A stretch of DNA of 64,000 nucleotides, taken from Solobacterium sp. (GTDB lineage: Bacteria; Bacillota_I; Bacilli_A; Erysipelotrichales; Erysipelotrichaceae). Under the pieces are notes generated by a model. It was not told where the DNA came from. It saw only the letters and a list, made by a program, of their open reading frames with translations, and did not search any database. Below are positions 1-10,040 of this stretch, one piece after another. The stretch covers positions 2,480-66,479 of the forward strand of contig JAILLA010000074.1 in assembly GCA_024693325.1 (NCBI GenBank), written 5' to 3'. Within the stretch, counting starts at the first letter, position 1. Each line of letters begins with the position of its first letter. A program made the translations under genes and the position numbers.

Positions 1-129
1 CTGAGGAATGAGAACAGTACCGTCTGTTATGTGATCGGTGTTCTGAAGCTGATCCGCAAAGCGCTGAATATGACCGATGGTGACATGATCCGTGTCATCA
101 TACAGGCAAAAGAAGGAGGGAAGTCATGA
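1..129 (+). CDS. 3-prime end of an upstream gene (last 42 aa, ...GDMIRVIIQAKEGGKS; DUF1905-like tail, tentative)
   Basis: Frame 1 is open from the window edge to TGA at 127-129. That stop overlaps the next start codon (ATGA coupling). Confidence 0.35.
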   Translation: MRNENSTVCYVIGVLKLIRKALNMTDGDMIRVIIQAKEGGKS

Positions 130-512
130 GAGAACTGGATATGGATACACAGATGTTCTTTTGGGAACATCAGAATGCTGTTGAACTATACCGGTGTCTG
201 GAAGAACTGCTGTATGACATCTTTCCCGTTGTGAACAAACGGGTACAGAAGACACAGATCACGTTCCTCAACAAACATGTTTTTGCCTGTGTCTCTTTTG
301 CAAGGGTAAAGAGGAAGGCAGAACTTCCGGACGGATATCTGGTATTGACCCTGGGACTCCCATACCCGCTGGATTCAGAACGTCTGGCAGTCAAATCAGA
401 ACCGTATCCAGGCCGCTGGACACACCATTTCGTTATCAGCAGAAAAGAAGAACTGGATGATGAAATGATCACATGGATCAGGGAAGCATATGCATTTGCT
501 GAAATGAAATAA
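126..512 (+). CDS. small cytoplasmic protein, DUF5655-like (tentative)
   Basis: 128-aa ORF coupled to the upstream gene. The pattern ...KTQITFLNKHVFACVSF...WTHHFVI...ITWIREAYAFA resembles the DUF5655 family as I remember it. Confidence 0.5.
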   Translation: MRELDMDTQMFFWEHQNAVELYRCLEELLYDIFPVVNKRVQKTQITFLNKHVFACVSFARVKRKAELPDGYLVLTLGLPYPLDSERLAVKSEPYPGRWTHHFVISRKEELDDEMITWIREAYAFAEMK

Positions 513-595
513 CAGGAGGTTCTTGTGCTGCGGTTTCGCGTAGGACAGTATATAAACATGAGGTAATGACAGTGCATGGTCAGGAGGTTTATGAC

Positions 596-1234
596 ATGAG
601 CAGAGTATTACTTGTCAACGGCAGTCCGCATAAAGAGTGCTGTACCTATACAGCACTCAATGTGATCAGGGAAACATTGAAAGAAGAGGGCATTGAATCA
701 GAGATATTCTGGCTCGGTACAAAGCCTGTAAGCGGCTGTACTGCATGCCGCAGCTGTTCAAAGACAGGGGAATGTGTCATTGACGACATCGTCAATGAGT
801 TTACGAAGAAAGCCCCGGAGTTTGACGGCTTCATCTTCGGTTCACCGGTATACTACTCCGGAATGAACGGCACTCTGATGAGTTTTATGGACAGGGTATT
901 CTTCTCATCAGGAAGGAAAGATCCGCATCCGTTCCGCTATAAGCCTGCAGCAGCAGTCGTATCCGCAAGACGTGCAGGAACTACTTCCGCAATCGACCAG
1001 ATCAACAAGTATTTCCTGCATCAGCAGATGCCGATCATCTCTTCACGTTACTGGAACATGGTGCATGGAAATAATGCAGAAGAGGTGCTTCAAGATGAAG
1101 AAGGTCTGCAGATCATGAGAGTACTGGCAAGGAATATGGCATGGTTCCTGAAATTGAAGGAAGCAGGAGAGAAGGCAGGCGTTCCGTATCCGAAAGAGGA
1201 AGAAGTAAGGAAGTCTACAAACTTCATCAGGTAA
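596..1234 (+). CDS. iron-sulfur flavoprotein / NAD(P)H-dependent FMN reductase (flavodoxin-like fold)
   Basis: AGGAGG lies 8 nt before the ATG at 596. N-terminus is VLLVNGSPHKE, a Cys cluster is CTACRSCSKTGEC, and SPVYY is also present. Confidence 0.8.
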   Translation: MSRVLLVNGSPHKECCTYTALNVIRETLKEEGIESEIFWLGTKPVSGCTACRSCSKTGECVIDDIVNEFTKKAPEFDGFIFGSPVYYSGMNGTLMSFMDRVFFSSGRKDPHPFRYKPAAAVVSARRAGTTSAIDQINKYFLHQQMPIISSRYWNMVHGNNAEEVLQDEEGLQIMRVLARNMAWFLKLKEAGEKAGVPYPKEEEVRKSTNFIR

Positions 1235-1251
1235 TACACGATACTAAGATC

Positions 1252-1950
1252 ATGAAAAGTGTCAGAAGAGGATATCACGAAGAAGATTACAGACTGTTCG
1301 GCGAAGAGGCACGGGCAGTCCTTTCGGTATGCGCTGATGACATCACATATCTTCTGAACAGGGGTTATCCGTACAAGTCTGCAATTACCTTTGTAGGCAA
1401 CCATTATTTACTTGCTGAAAGACAGCGGAATGCACTGATGCGCATCTGCGTATCCGATGAGATGCTGAAGGTACGTAAACAGAAACAGCTGTCTGAACTT
1501 CAAAAGGACTGTACCGTACATATCGACGCATTCAACGCAGTTGTACTGATGGAAACAGCCCTTTCCGGGAGTATGCTGCTAGCGGGTAGGGATGGCTGTT
1601 ACCGGGACCTCAGCGGTCTGGCCGGTACGTACGCGATTATTGAGAATACGGATCCGGCAATCGAACATATCATCAGGAAACTGCAGGAACATGCTGTAAA
1701 GGAAGCTGTCTGGTGGATCGATGCACCGGTGTCCAACTCCGGAAGACTCAAGCAGCATATTGCTGATACAGCAGAGAGACTATGCTTTCCTATAGACATA
1801 CAGATGGTAAGAAACGCAGATACTGAACTGATGAACCATGAATATGTGATCTCCGGTGATTCGATCGTCATCAATGAATGCATCAGCTGGTATAATCTGT
1901 ATGCCCAGCTGATCGCCGATCTGCATGATCCATGGGTATTCAGTATTTAA
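1252..1950 (+). CDS. DUF434/DUF5616-like protein (function unknown)
   Basis: The ORF-track start at 1141 overlaps the previous gene, so the internal ATG at 1252 (MKSVRRGYHEEDY...) is more plausible. The family call is from memory only. Confidence 0.45.
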   Translation: MKSVRRGYHEEDYRLFGEEARAVLSVCADDITYLLNRGYPYKSAITFVGNHYLLAERQRNALMRICVSDEMLKVRKQKQLSELQKDCTVHIDAFNAVVLMETALSGSMLLAGRDGCYRDLSGLAGTYAIIENTDPAIEHIIRKLQEHAVKEAVWWIDAPVSNSGRLKQHIADTAERLCFPIDIQMVRNADTELMNHEYVISGDSIVINECISWYNLYAQLIADLHDPWVFSI

Positions 1951-1993
1951 ATGACAGCATAACCGGCTGAATATTTGTTCAATAAACAACATA

Positions 1994-2037
1994 AAGGGTA
2001 TGTACTTCTGAAAACAGGAATCATACCTTTTCTTTTG
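1994..2037 (+). terminator. putative intrinsic terminator
   Basis: GGTATG...CATACC stem with an inner imperfect stem, followed by TTTTCTTTTGTTT. Confidence 0.45.
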
Positions 2038-2279
2038 TTTCCGGGATAAGCCTGCTTCCGATCAATGCAGGAAAAGATACTGAAGCAGAACGATCTCAGT
2101 TCTGAAGTGATGGATCTGTGCGGATCATCGGCTGACTGAAACGATACATCTCAATCGGGTTTCTGCACTTGTTCTGGTGCAAAAAGAAGCCATAATTTAT
2201 ACCTTCCGTAACACCGTCTGCTGTTGTACTCTGAAATTGATAAAAATATACATGCCTGGCATGAGGAAGGAGTTCAGAA

Positions 2280-2780
2280 ATGATCATTCAGCTTCGTCTT
2301 GATGAAAGACTTATCCACGGACAAATCGTGACCGCATGGTCAAAAGCACTTCAGATCGGTACGATCCTTGTCGCAAATGACGCGGCAGCGGCAGACCCGA
2401 TGCGGACAAAACTGCTTCTTATGACAGCTCCTCCGGGGATGAAAGTATTTGTCAAACCGGTCAAAGAAGCGATCAAGCTCGTTTCTGATCCCAGAGCTGA
2501 CAAGATGCGTATCCTGATGATCGTCAATAATCCGAAAGATATGCTTGAGATCATCCGGAATGCCCCTAACATCGAGGCAGTCAATGTGGCCAACTACGTC
2601 CACAAGAAGTCTTCCGGCAAGGTCGTCATCAGCCAGTATACCCAGGCGGATCCGGAAGATCTGGAGATCTTCAAACAGATCGCAGAGGCACATAACAATG
2701 TCTTCACCCAATTGATTCCTTCATATGCACGAAGTGAATTCAAAACACTTTTAGCGAACGCAAAACCGTTAAGTGAATAA
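2280..2780 (+). CDS. PTS mannose/fructose/sorbose-family EIIB
   Basis: N-terminus is MIIQLRLDERLIHGQIVTAW, containing the phospho-His motif. The size (166 aa) is typical. Confidence 0.85.
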   Translation: MIIQLRLDERLIHGQIVTAWSKALQIGTILVANDAAAADPMRTKLLLMTAPPGMKVFVKPVKEAIKLVSDPRADKMRILMIVNNPKDMLEIIRNAPNIEAVNVANYVHKKSSGKVVISQYTQADPEDLEIFKQIAEAHNNVFTQLIPSYARSEFKTLLANAKPLSE

Positions 2781-2840
2781 TCAACTGTTCTGCAGAAGAG
2801 GCTGGCAAAAGCCTCTTTCAATTGGTTTTGAGGAAAGTAA

Positions 2841-4808
2841 ATGAAGGAAAAGAAACGACTGCTGCAGATGCTTTACTATCTGTCGGAGAGTGATCAGCCT
2901 CTTCGCTCAGCAGACCTGGCAAAGCTGTGCGGGATCAGTGTCCGTACGGTCAAGGGAGATGCGCGTGAACTTGCAGACCTGGCCGCAGCCAGCGGGGCGG
3001 AACTCCGCAGTAAAAAAGGAACAGGATTCTGGCTGGAGATGACGGACACGGAAACGTTCATGATCGTCAAGGAACAGCTCGGATATCAGTTTTCAAATTA
3101 TACCTATACTTCAGAATATGAAAATAAAGTCAATGTTTTTGCGCGGCGTCTCCTGGTAAGCGAGGAATACGTTACAGCCCAGACACTGGCGGATGAACTT
3201 TGGCTGGCCCGAAGCACGATCAAACCGTTCATTGCCGAAGTCAGGAAGCTTGCCGAGAAATTTAAGCTGAAACTGATCTCGAAGCCGTCACACGGTCTGA
3301 AACTGGAAGGGCTGGAGGTCAGCAAGCGCTTCTGCATGCTGGAACTTTACCTGAATCACGATACCCGCACCAGTTCAATGATCGGCAACCGTGAATTCAG
3401 GGATTTTCTGGATATGGATAATGAAACAGCGAAGACAGTCCGCAAGACGGTACTGGATGTGCTTCGTGGCTCCGGTTTCAGCATCCGTGACCAGATGACT
3501 CACAGGGTGATCCGTTACATGCCGCTGGCGTGTTTCCGGAGCCGGCACGGTTATCACGCCGTGATGCCCGGGAGTGTCCGGGAACTGCTGCGGCCGCTGC
3601 CTCTGTTTGCTGCTGCCAATAAACTCCTCACTGCAATGAGGAATGTTTTTCCTGACATGCCTCTGGATGAAGATGAAGTGCTGGCAGTGGAATATCTGCT
3701 GCTTGTTTTTCTGGATCCGATCGACTATGAAGGATTCAAGCAGGATTTTTCATTACTGCTGAAGCGGGTAAGCCCGGTGGTTCGGACAGGCGTAGGAGGA
3801 ATGATCAGTACATGGGATCTGCCTGAAGAATTCCGCCGGACCTACGAGCGGCTGCTTCCGAATACGTTCCTGCCCGTCTATGCCCAGCTGCTTTTTCCGG
3901 AGATCGGCTATTCGTTTGTCGGCAAAGAAGTCGAGAATAATGAAAACAGTGGATCACCTTTCTGCATAGCCCTTGCATATACATTTCTGAAAACGATCAG
4001 CGAAGCATACGGCTGCCGGATCTCAAGGTTTGCTGTTCTGTATCTCGGGGCCACAGTCTTCCTGCCGATCCAGAAAACTGAATATCCGGTACGTAAGATC
4101 AACCTGCTGATCGGGAACCGGATGGGAAGCGCAGGAGCACATGCACTCAAACATACACTGGTCTCTGCGTTTGGGAAAGGAATGTTCGGAAAGATCGATT
4201 TTATTGAACTGTATGAAGGCCGGGCAGTCGACCTGTCGCAGTATGACTGTATGATCGCCAATTATGACGAAATGTATTTTCATTATGACCTTCCGTACAT
4301 TAAAGTCAGTGCGCTGCCGAGTTCAAAGGAACTGTTCCGGATCCACGAAGAAATGATCATGCGGAAATACCTGATCCTCGATGCTCTGCGTGCGCTTGAC
4401 CTGCATATTATTACCCCGGAAGCGCCTCCGTTTAAGAGTCAGGACTCTTTTGCCCAGACGGCAGCCAGGATATTGGCGGCAGATCCGGGCAAGGTCAGCA
4501 GTCTGACAGAGAAGATCCGGCAGACAAGAAGTATCGCGATCTGGAATAAAACGCTGTTCCTGATCATCCAGGCAGAAGAAGGTGAAGACAATCGCATGGG
4601 CATGTGGGAGTATGACCGCGGCTATCTGTGGGAAAACCGTGTTTTCAGCCGGGTGATCTTCCTGCAGGTCTCTGCTAGAAGATCTGCAGTTGTCCTGAAA
4701 GTGATCGACGAGATCACAAGACTGGTCTATCTGGAAGAAAATATGCAGGAACTGAAAAACTCCGACGGGAATGAGGGTCTGCTGAAACTGATCAGAAGAG
4801 GATACTGA
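2841..4808 (+). CDS. PTS-controlled transcriptional regulator (N-terminal HTH, PRD/EIIB-like modules; BglG/ManR/LicR class)
   Basis: 655 aa with N-terminal winged-HTH-like LLQMLYYLSESDQPLRSADLAKLCGISVRTVKGD. It sits inside the PTS locus. Confidence 0.65.
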   Translation: MKEKKRLLQMLYYLSESDQPLRSADLAKLCGISVRTVKGDARELADLAAASGAELRSKKGTGFWLEMTDTETFMIVKEQLGYQFSNYTYTSEYENKVNVFARRLLVSEEYVTAQTLADELWLARSTIKPFIAEVRKLAEKFKLKLISKPSHGLKLEGLEVSKRFCMLELYLNHDTRTSSMIGNREFRDFLDMDNETAKTVRKTVLDVLRGSGFSIRDQMTHRVIRYMPLACFRSRHGYHAVMPGSVRELLRPLPLFAAANKLLTAMRNVFPDMPLDEDEVLAVEYLLLVFLDPIDYEGFKQDFSLLLKRVSPVVRTGVGGMISTWDLPEEFRRTYERLLPNTFLPVYAQLLFPEIGYSFVGKEVENNENSGSPFCIALAYTFLKTISEAYGCRISRFAVLYLGATVFLPIQKTEYPVRKINLLIGNRMGSAGAHALKHTLVSAFGKGMFGKIDFIELYEGRAVDLSQYDCMIANYDEMYFHYDLPYIKVSALPSSKELFRIHEEMIMRKYLILDALRALDLHIITPEAPPFKSQDSFAQTAARILAADPGKVSSLTEKIRQTRSIAIWNKTLFLIIQAEEGEDNRMGMWEYDRGYLWENRVFSRVIFLQVSARRSAVVLKVIDEITRLVYLEENMQELKNSDGNEGLLKLIRRGY

Positions 4809-4814
4809 GTACCT

Positions 4815-4844
4815 GAGACAGCCTGATTGATGGCTGTCTTTTTC
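4815..4844 (+). terminator. intrinsic terminator after the regulator gene
   Basis: AGACAGCC / GGCTGTCT stem followed by TTTTT. Confidence 0.7.
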
Positions 4845-4850
4845 AGCATC

Positions 4851-4875
4851 AGAAAAACACGGCACCAGCCGTGTG
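4851..4875 (-). terminator. intrinsic terminator after the EIIA gene
   Basis: The minus strand reads ACACGGCTGGTGCCGTGTTTTTCTG, a 7-bp stem plus a U-run. Confidence 0.7.
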
Positions 4876-4899
4876 TGATCAATGGTGTAATATCCGTCC

Positions 4900-5322
4900 T
4901 CAGAAGAAATCTTCTTCCTGGGAATCCTCTGTCTGACCTGCCAGGAGTTCTTTGAAATTTACGATCCCGTCTCTGCCTGTCCCGACAAGCGCAGCGATAT
5001 CCGGAGTTCCGTTTTCTCTTGAACCAAGCAGTTCCAGCAGGATGCCGAGGTTCATACCGGTGATCATTTCGACATTCCCGGAAAGCAGGTTCGCAGTACA
5101 GCTGCAGGGAGAACCATAAAGAAGGTCGCACAGCACCAGAACACCGTCGCCGGAATCGACTCTGCTAATAGCTTCTCCCAGACGTTCAGTAAACATCTCC
5201 GGTGATGTATCAGGTGTCAGACAAAGTGCCTCCAGCTGCTTCTGATCCTGAAAAAACCATTCTGATGTATGAAGAAGACCCTCTGCCATAGGTCCGTGGC
5301 TGGCAAGAATAATACCGATCAT
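4900..5322 (-). CDS. PTS mannose-family EIIA
   Basis: MIGIILASHGPMAEGLL N-terminus with the conserved His. Size is 140 aa. Confidence 0.85.
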   Translation of the reverse strand: MIGIILASHGPMAEGLLHTSEWFFQDQKQLEALCLTPDTSPEMFTERLGEAISRVDSGDGVLVLCDLLYGSPCSCTANLLSGNVEMITGMNLGILLELLGSRENGTPDIAALVGTGRDGIVNFKELLAGQTEDSQEEDFF

Positions 5323-5468
5323 AATGTGTTTCTCCTTTGCTTTTTTTAATCATAACAGCATGAAGAACTGTCCGGTTAGGATTGTTTTAGGACCGATATA
5401 TAGTGCAAAAAGAAGGCCGATTCAAACCGTTGTGAAAGCGCTGTCAGATACATAAACTGAAATTATCA

Positions 5469-5492
5469 CAGATCTGTTTTCGGGCAGATCTG
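5469..5492. promoter_or_regulatory. two copies of the 8-bp palindrome CAGATCTG separated by 8 nt (candidate operator or RNA hairpin)
   Basis: CAGATCTGttttcgggCAGATCTG lies 57 nt upstream of the EIIC start, in the divergent EIIA/EIIC intergenic region. Confidence 0.35.
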
Positions 5493-5548
5493 ACTACAGC
5501 TTTACTAAAGGGGAAATAAGCAATGACTGAAAGGAGGGTTTTTCATTT

Positions 5549-6340
5549 ATGGGACAGGCATTTCTTATTGCACTTTCTTATTATCTGATGCAGGTACTTG
5601 ATGGCTTCATCGGATTCCAGACCCTGACAAGACCGATCATTCTCGGTACTGTGACAGGCCTGCTGTGCGGCGATATCAAGACCGGCGTGATGATGGGAAC
5701 ATCACTCGAAGCGATCTACATGGGCGTTTCGGCAATCGGCGGAGCGATCGCAGCAGACTTCCGTACAAGTACTGTTATGGCTGTCGGTCTGACGATCCTG
5801 ACAGGTATCGGCATGGAAGAAGGCGTAGCACTGGCAGTTACTGTCGGCGCGCTGATGAATGCTGTTACACCGTTCGTCAATGCGATCCAGATGGCAACGC
5901 ATCCGGTCTACACAAGACTGGCTCACGAAGGCAACGTCAAGGCATTCCGTCGTTTCCAGTGGTTCACGCTGCTTGTCATCCGTCACACGGTCAACTCACT
6001 GATCATCTTCTTCTCCGTACTGCTTGGTGCTGATGCGGTAGCGAACCTGATCAATACTGTTCCGACGTTCATCACAAGAGGTCTCAGTGCTTCAAGTTCC
6101 ATGCTGGTCGTTGTAGGTCTCTGCCTTACGACTCAGGCGATCTACAATTCTTCCACAGTATTCTGGGTCCTGCTCGGCTTCGTCCTGTTCAAGTATCTGA
6201 GCCTTCCGGTCCTTCCGATCGCGATCATCGGTCTGATCATTTCTTATGTACTGTTCAACCGCAATAAGAAACTGAATGATATTGAACGCAAACTTGCTGA
6301 AGGCGTAGTCGCCTCAGGAGGAGATGATTTCTATGGCTAA
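5549..6340 (+). CDS. PTS mannose-family EIIC
   Basis: 263-aa polytopic membrane protein with an AGGAGGG RBS, positioned directly upstream of EIID. Confidence 0.85.
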   Translation: MGQAFLIALSYYLMQVLDGFIGFQTLTRPIILGTVTGLLCGDIKTGVMMGTSLEAIYMGVSAIGGAIAADFRTSTVMAVGLTILTGIGMEEGVALAVTVGALMNAVTPFVNAIQMATHPVYTRLAHEGNVKAFRRFQWFTLLVIRHTVNSLIIFFSVLLGADAVANLINTVPTFITRGLSASSSMLVVVGLCLTTQAIYNSSTVFWVLLGFVLFKYLSLPVLPIAIIGLIISYVLFNRNKKLNDIERKLAEGVVASGGDDFYG

Positions 6341-7157
6341 TATGTTTTCAACATTAACAGCTGACGAAAGGTCAATGCTGAAAAAGTGCTACTATTATTC
6401 ACTGAATACGTTCATGTGCTTCAACCATGTTGTCATGGAAGGTTATTCCTTCGGTATGTCAGTATGGCCTGCAATCGATAAATTCTATCAGACCGAAGAG
6501 GAAAAGAGAGAAGCATTCGAACGTGAATCCACAGAGTTCTTCAACACACATCAGGTCATGATGGGCCTGATCACAGGCATCGCGGCTGCGATGGAAAAAG
6601 AAAGAGCTGAAAAAGGAACGATCGACGGCGGCGCGATCTCCGGTATCAAGGCATCCCTGATGGGACCGACAGCCGGTATCGGTGACTCCTTCTTCTTCAA
6701 CTGCGTGCGTGTCATCGTTGCTGGTATCTGCATCGGTATCGGTGCAAACGGAAATATCCTCGCACCGCTGCTTTTCCTGCTCCTCTACGGCGGCTCCCTG
6801 CTGGTCACAAAGTACTATCTGGTTCTGTTCGGTTATGTGAAGGGTGTCGACTTTGTCAACGAAGCATTCGAAAACGGAATTATTCCGCTGATCATGGAAG
6901 CCTGCTCAACACTGGGTGCTATCATGATCGGTGCGCTGATCGCTTCAACCGTTAATGTCAAACTTGCGGCTGCTCCTGTGATCAATGGCGCAACTTTCGA
7001 ACTTCAGTCCATCTTTGACGGCATCATGCCGGGTATCCTGTCACTGGTCCTCTGGTGGGTCGTATTCAAACAGCTTCAGAAGGGAAGAACACCGACACAG
7101 CTTATTTTCGGCATCATGATCTGCTGCGTACTGCTTGCGCTGATCGGTATTTTCTAA
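6333..7157 (+). CDS. PTS mannose-family EIID
   Basis: Membrane protein overlapping the EIIC stop. The start could be 6324 or 6333. Confidence 0.85.
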   Translation: MANMFSTLTADERSMLKKCYYYSLNTFMCFNHVVMEGYSFGMSVWPAIDKFYQTEEEKREAFERESTEFFNTHQVMMGLITGIAAAMEKERAEKGTIDGGAISGIKASLMGPTAGIGDSFFFNCVRVIVAGICIGIGANGNILAPLLFLLLYGGSLLVTKYYLVLFGYVKGVDFVNEAFENGIIPLIMEACSTLGAIMIGALIASTVNVKLAAAPVINGATFELQSIFDGIMPGILSLVLWWVVFKQLQKGRTPTQLIFGIMICCVLLALIGIF

Positions 7158-7222
7158 TATTCAAAAAAAAAACAGAAGGGCATGCATGAAATGTATGCCT
7201 TTCTGATCTTCCGGGAGGGTTT

Positions 7223-7711
7223 ATGAGTGAACAGGGTGTCCGTGCAGTTGAAAGCATGGAAAAAAACGGAGAGTTCATCGGCCGCATCATGTACCGGCCG
7301 AAGCTGAATATCCTGGTCGTTGGAGCGGTCATTGCGCTTCTGTTCCTGACCGGGAACAGGTATGGGATCATCCTCGGCATCCTGCTGGCGGTGATCGTCC
7401 TGGGAGGTCTTCTGATCGCAAAGGATCATCCGGTGATGGATGTGTATACTGACCAGCTGATCTTCTATGCCCCCGACAACAGCGCGTACGGTGTTTCCGT
7501 ACCGGTCAGCGATGTCGTGGAATGGAATGTCAACAAAACAGTCATGTATACGATCTACATCAGACTGAAAGACGGCCGTCAGTATACCGAAGAATGCTAT
7601 TATTCACGGCAGGCATACAACTATCTGAGAAAAGTACTGCCTGCTAAAGATACAACAACGCTGCAGCGGCGCTTTTTTGCGTCTCTGCTCAGCCGTAGAA
7701 AAGGGAAATGA
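7223..7711 (+). CDS. hypothetical membrane protein
   Basis: 162-aa ORF with two hydrophobic helices (LNILVVGAVIALLFL, IILGILLAVIVLGGLLI). Its stop is immediately followed by the next start codon. Confidence 0.55.
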   Translation: MSEQGVRAVESMEKNGEFIGRIMYRPKLNILVVGAVIALLFLTGNRYGIILGILLAVIVLGGLLIAKDHPVMDVYTDQLIFYAPDNSAYGVSVPVSDVVEWNVNKTVMYTIYIRLKDGRQYTEECYYSRQAYNYLRKVLPAKDTTTLQRRFFASLLSRRKGK

Positions 7712-7712
7712 T

Positions 7713-8513
7713 ATGAAATTACTTGTACAGGGTGATGACTTCGGGTTCACGAAGGCAGTCACTTACGGCATCGTCGATGCCATTGATAACGGTATCCTGA
7801 GAAATACCGGACTTTTTGCGAACATGCCCTCTGCACTGCTTGCGGTATCTTTCATGAAAGACCGTCCCGAAGCATGCTTTGGGATCGATTTTAATCTTGT
7901 TTCCGGACCGAGCTGCTGTGATCCTTCCGATATTCCGAGCCTTGTAGATGAAAACGGAGAGTTTATCCGTTCCGGCGTCAGGATCCATGATCCGCGCTGG
8001 CAGACTGAAGCAGGCCGGCGCGAGATGTTCCCGTGGGAAGAAACTTACCGTGAGATCAGGGCACAGTACAACCGTTTCGTACAGCTGACCGGGAGGAAAC
8101 CCGGATATCTGCACGGTCACTCCATCTCCCATGAGCATTATCGCGAAGCGATCCGCCGGATCAGTGAAGCGGAGGGCATTCCTTATTCCGCTGACATCCA
8201 GGAGAAGTACGGGTTCTTCAATTTCCGGACTCTGAAGACAAGCGATAAAGCTTCGAAAAACAAAGTATTCGATGCGGCTGACCAGCTGAACAAGAATCCT
8301 CTGAAGCTTGTCCAGGATAATGCTGAATTACTGGCAAGCCAGGAATATGTCTGTATCGGCGGCCATCCCGGTTTCGTGGATGCTGAGCTTCTCAGTCTGA
8401 CGACACTGTCCCTGGAAAGGGTCAGGGACCATGAGATGGATACATCAGAATGGATCAAAAACTGGATCGAGGAGAAGAACATCGAACTGATCACTTACTA
8501 TGACCTGTATTGA
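7713..8513 (+). CDS. ChbG/YdjC-family carbohydrate deacetylase
   Basis: MKLLVQGDDFGFTKAVTYGIVDAIDNGILRNTG matches the YdjC-family N-terminal signature. Confidence 0.8.
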   Translation: MKLLVQGDDFGFTKAVTYGIVDAIDNGILRNTGLFANMPSALLAVSFMKDRPEACFGIDFNLVSGPSCCDPSDIPSLVDENGEFIRSGVRIHDPRWQTEAGRREMFPWEETYREIRAQYNRFVQLTGRKPGYLHGHSISHEHYREAIRRISEAEGIPYSADIQEKYGFFNFRTLKTSDKASKNKVFDAADQLNKNPLKLVQDNAELLASQEYVCIGGHPGFVDAELLSLTTLSLERVRDHEMDTSEWIKNWIEEKNIELITYYDLY

Positions 8514-8541
8514 TCAAAGCATCAAGGAGTATTGAAGAGAT

Positions 8542-9738
8542 ATGAAAATAAAAGCTGGCAGGATCGTTCTCCCGGAAAAAAGCATTACCGGAACTATCGA
8601 ATTCAATGAAGAGGGAAGGATCGTAAGGATCCTTGAAAACACAGCCCCGGCCGATATCGACTATGGGGAACTGACGATCATCCCGGGCATCATCGATACC
8701 CATAACCACGGAGCTGTCGGCTATCGTTTTGACACGGCTGACATTGATGGAATGCGTGAATGTCTGAAGGGTGAGGCTGCACTCGGTGTTACCGGCATCC
8801 TGCCGACTACAGCTAATTACAAAACTTATCCGAACCTGGTCAGCCTGATGAAAGAAAATAATGCCGGTGCCAGGGTTCTCGGCATCCATTCAGAAGGACC
8901 ATGGGGTTCCCGTGTTGGTGAAAAGGGCGTTAATCTCGGCTATCCTTCAGTGGACATGGAGCTGGCAAAGGTATATCTGGAACAAGGTGCCGGACATCTT
9001 GTCCTGTTTGACATCGCACCGGAAGTTCCGGGAGCACTGGAAGCGATCGACTTCTTTGTCAGCAACGGGGTAACAGTATCGAACTATCATACCAATGCGA
9101 CATATGCTGAAGCCAACCTTGCCATTGACCACGGCGTGACTGTCGCGACCCACCTGTTCAATGTCATGACCGGACTTCATCACCGTGATGTCGGGACAGC
9201 CGGCGCGTCACTGCTCAGGGATGAAGTATGGTGCGAACTGATCTGTGACGGACTGCACGTATGTCTGCCTATGGTAGAACTTGCCTTGCGTATGAAGGAT
9301 CACAGCAAGATCATGATGGTGTCAGACAACGTAGCCTATGCCGGAGCTCCGGTCGGTAAGTACGATGGTGTGAAGATGGGCAATTCCCCGGATTCCGACC
9401 GTGCTGTCATCGAAAAGACACCGGAAGGCTACTGCCTGAGCAAGACGGGACGTCTGTCCGGATCGAGCCTGCCGGTCATCTACGGTATCAGGAATCTTGT
9501 CAAGAAGCTCCATATGCCGCTGGAAGAAGTTGTCCTGATGAGCAGCTACAATCAGTCTGTGAAGTACGGGTTTGAAGGCCACGGTGAACTGGTCGTTGGG
9601 AATTACTTTGACGCTGTCGTCATCGATGATGACTTCAATGTCATCTCGACATGGGTCGAAGGACGGAACGTATTTGACTCGACAAAAGAAAAGATCCCGT
9701 TCAATCCCGAATTCATGGAAAAGTATTATCTGGGATAA
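8542..9738 (+). CDS. nagA: N-acetylglucosamine-6-phosphate deacetylase-like amidohydrolase
   Basis: PGIIDTHNHG metal-binding motif and THLFNVMTGLHHRDVG (the NagA THLFNAM...HHR signature). Confidence 0.8.
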   Translation: MKIKAGRIVLPEKSITGTIEFNEEGRIVRILENTAPADIDYGELTIIPGIIDTHNHGAVGYRFDTADIDGMRECLKGEAALGVTGILPTTANYKTYPNLVSLMKENNAGARVLGIHSEGPWGSRVGEKGVNLGYPSVDMELAKVYLEQGAGHLVLFDIAPEVPGALEAIDFFVSNGVTVSNYHTNATYAEANLAIDHGVTVATHLFNVMTGLHHRDVGTAGASLLRDEVWCELICDGLHVCLPMVELALRMKDHSKIMMVSDNVAYAGAPVGKYDGVKMGNSPDSDRAVIEKTPEGYCLSKTGRLSGSSLPVIYGIRNLVKKLHMPLEEVVLMSSYNQSVKYGFEGHGELVVGNYFDAVVIDDDFNVISTWVEGRNVFDSTKEKIPFNPEFMEKYYLG

Positions 9739-9782
9739 AAATAGCAATGTAAACTATAATGCTGTTCATATCAACAAAGATC

Positions 9783-9811
9783 AAAAGCGACTTCGAATGA
9801 GGTCGTTTTTA
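9783..9811 (+). terminator. putative terminator after nagA
   Basis: AAGCGAC...GTCGTTT stem with one G-U pair, followed by TTTTT. Confidence 0.45.
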
Positions 9812-10040
9812 TAGTGTACCGTACCTCAAAAGATCCTGCGGACGGTCAAGGCTGCAGCAGGTGTTAAGCATTAAAACTGCAGGACCTGTGTGCAGGATTC
9901 AGATTGGCATAAAAAACGTATCAATGATGGTTGATAATATCATTGATGGATCATCCGGCTGAATTCTGTATATGTCGCGCAGCAGGCGACCCATTGGTTT
10001 TCAGCATTAAATAAAATGGAGCCGTAAAGAGGATAGAAAC

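Noticed and set aside
1141-1251. Upstream extension of the DUF434-like ORF (start at 1141)
   Set aside because: It would overlap the flavoprotein gene by 94 nt and encode an Arg/Ser/Glu-rich off-frame segment, so the ATG at 1252 is preferred.
2040-2279. Sigma-54 (-24/-12) promoter upstream of the PTS EIIB gene, as in LevR-type systems
   Set aside because: There is no TGGCAC-N5-TTGCA-like element; TGGTGC and TGGCAT occur without a correctly spaced TTGC. The regulator also shows no AAA+ sigma-54 activator motifs.
5665-6033. 122-aa Arg-rich ORF in an alternative plus frame within the EIIC gene
   Set aside because: It lies entirely inside a well-supported membrane-protein gene, and its composition (R/D/G-rich) is typical of an off-frame translation.
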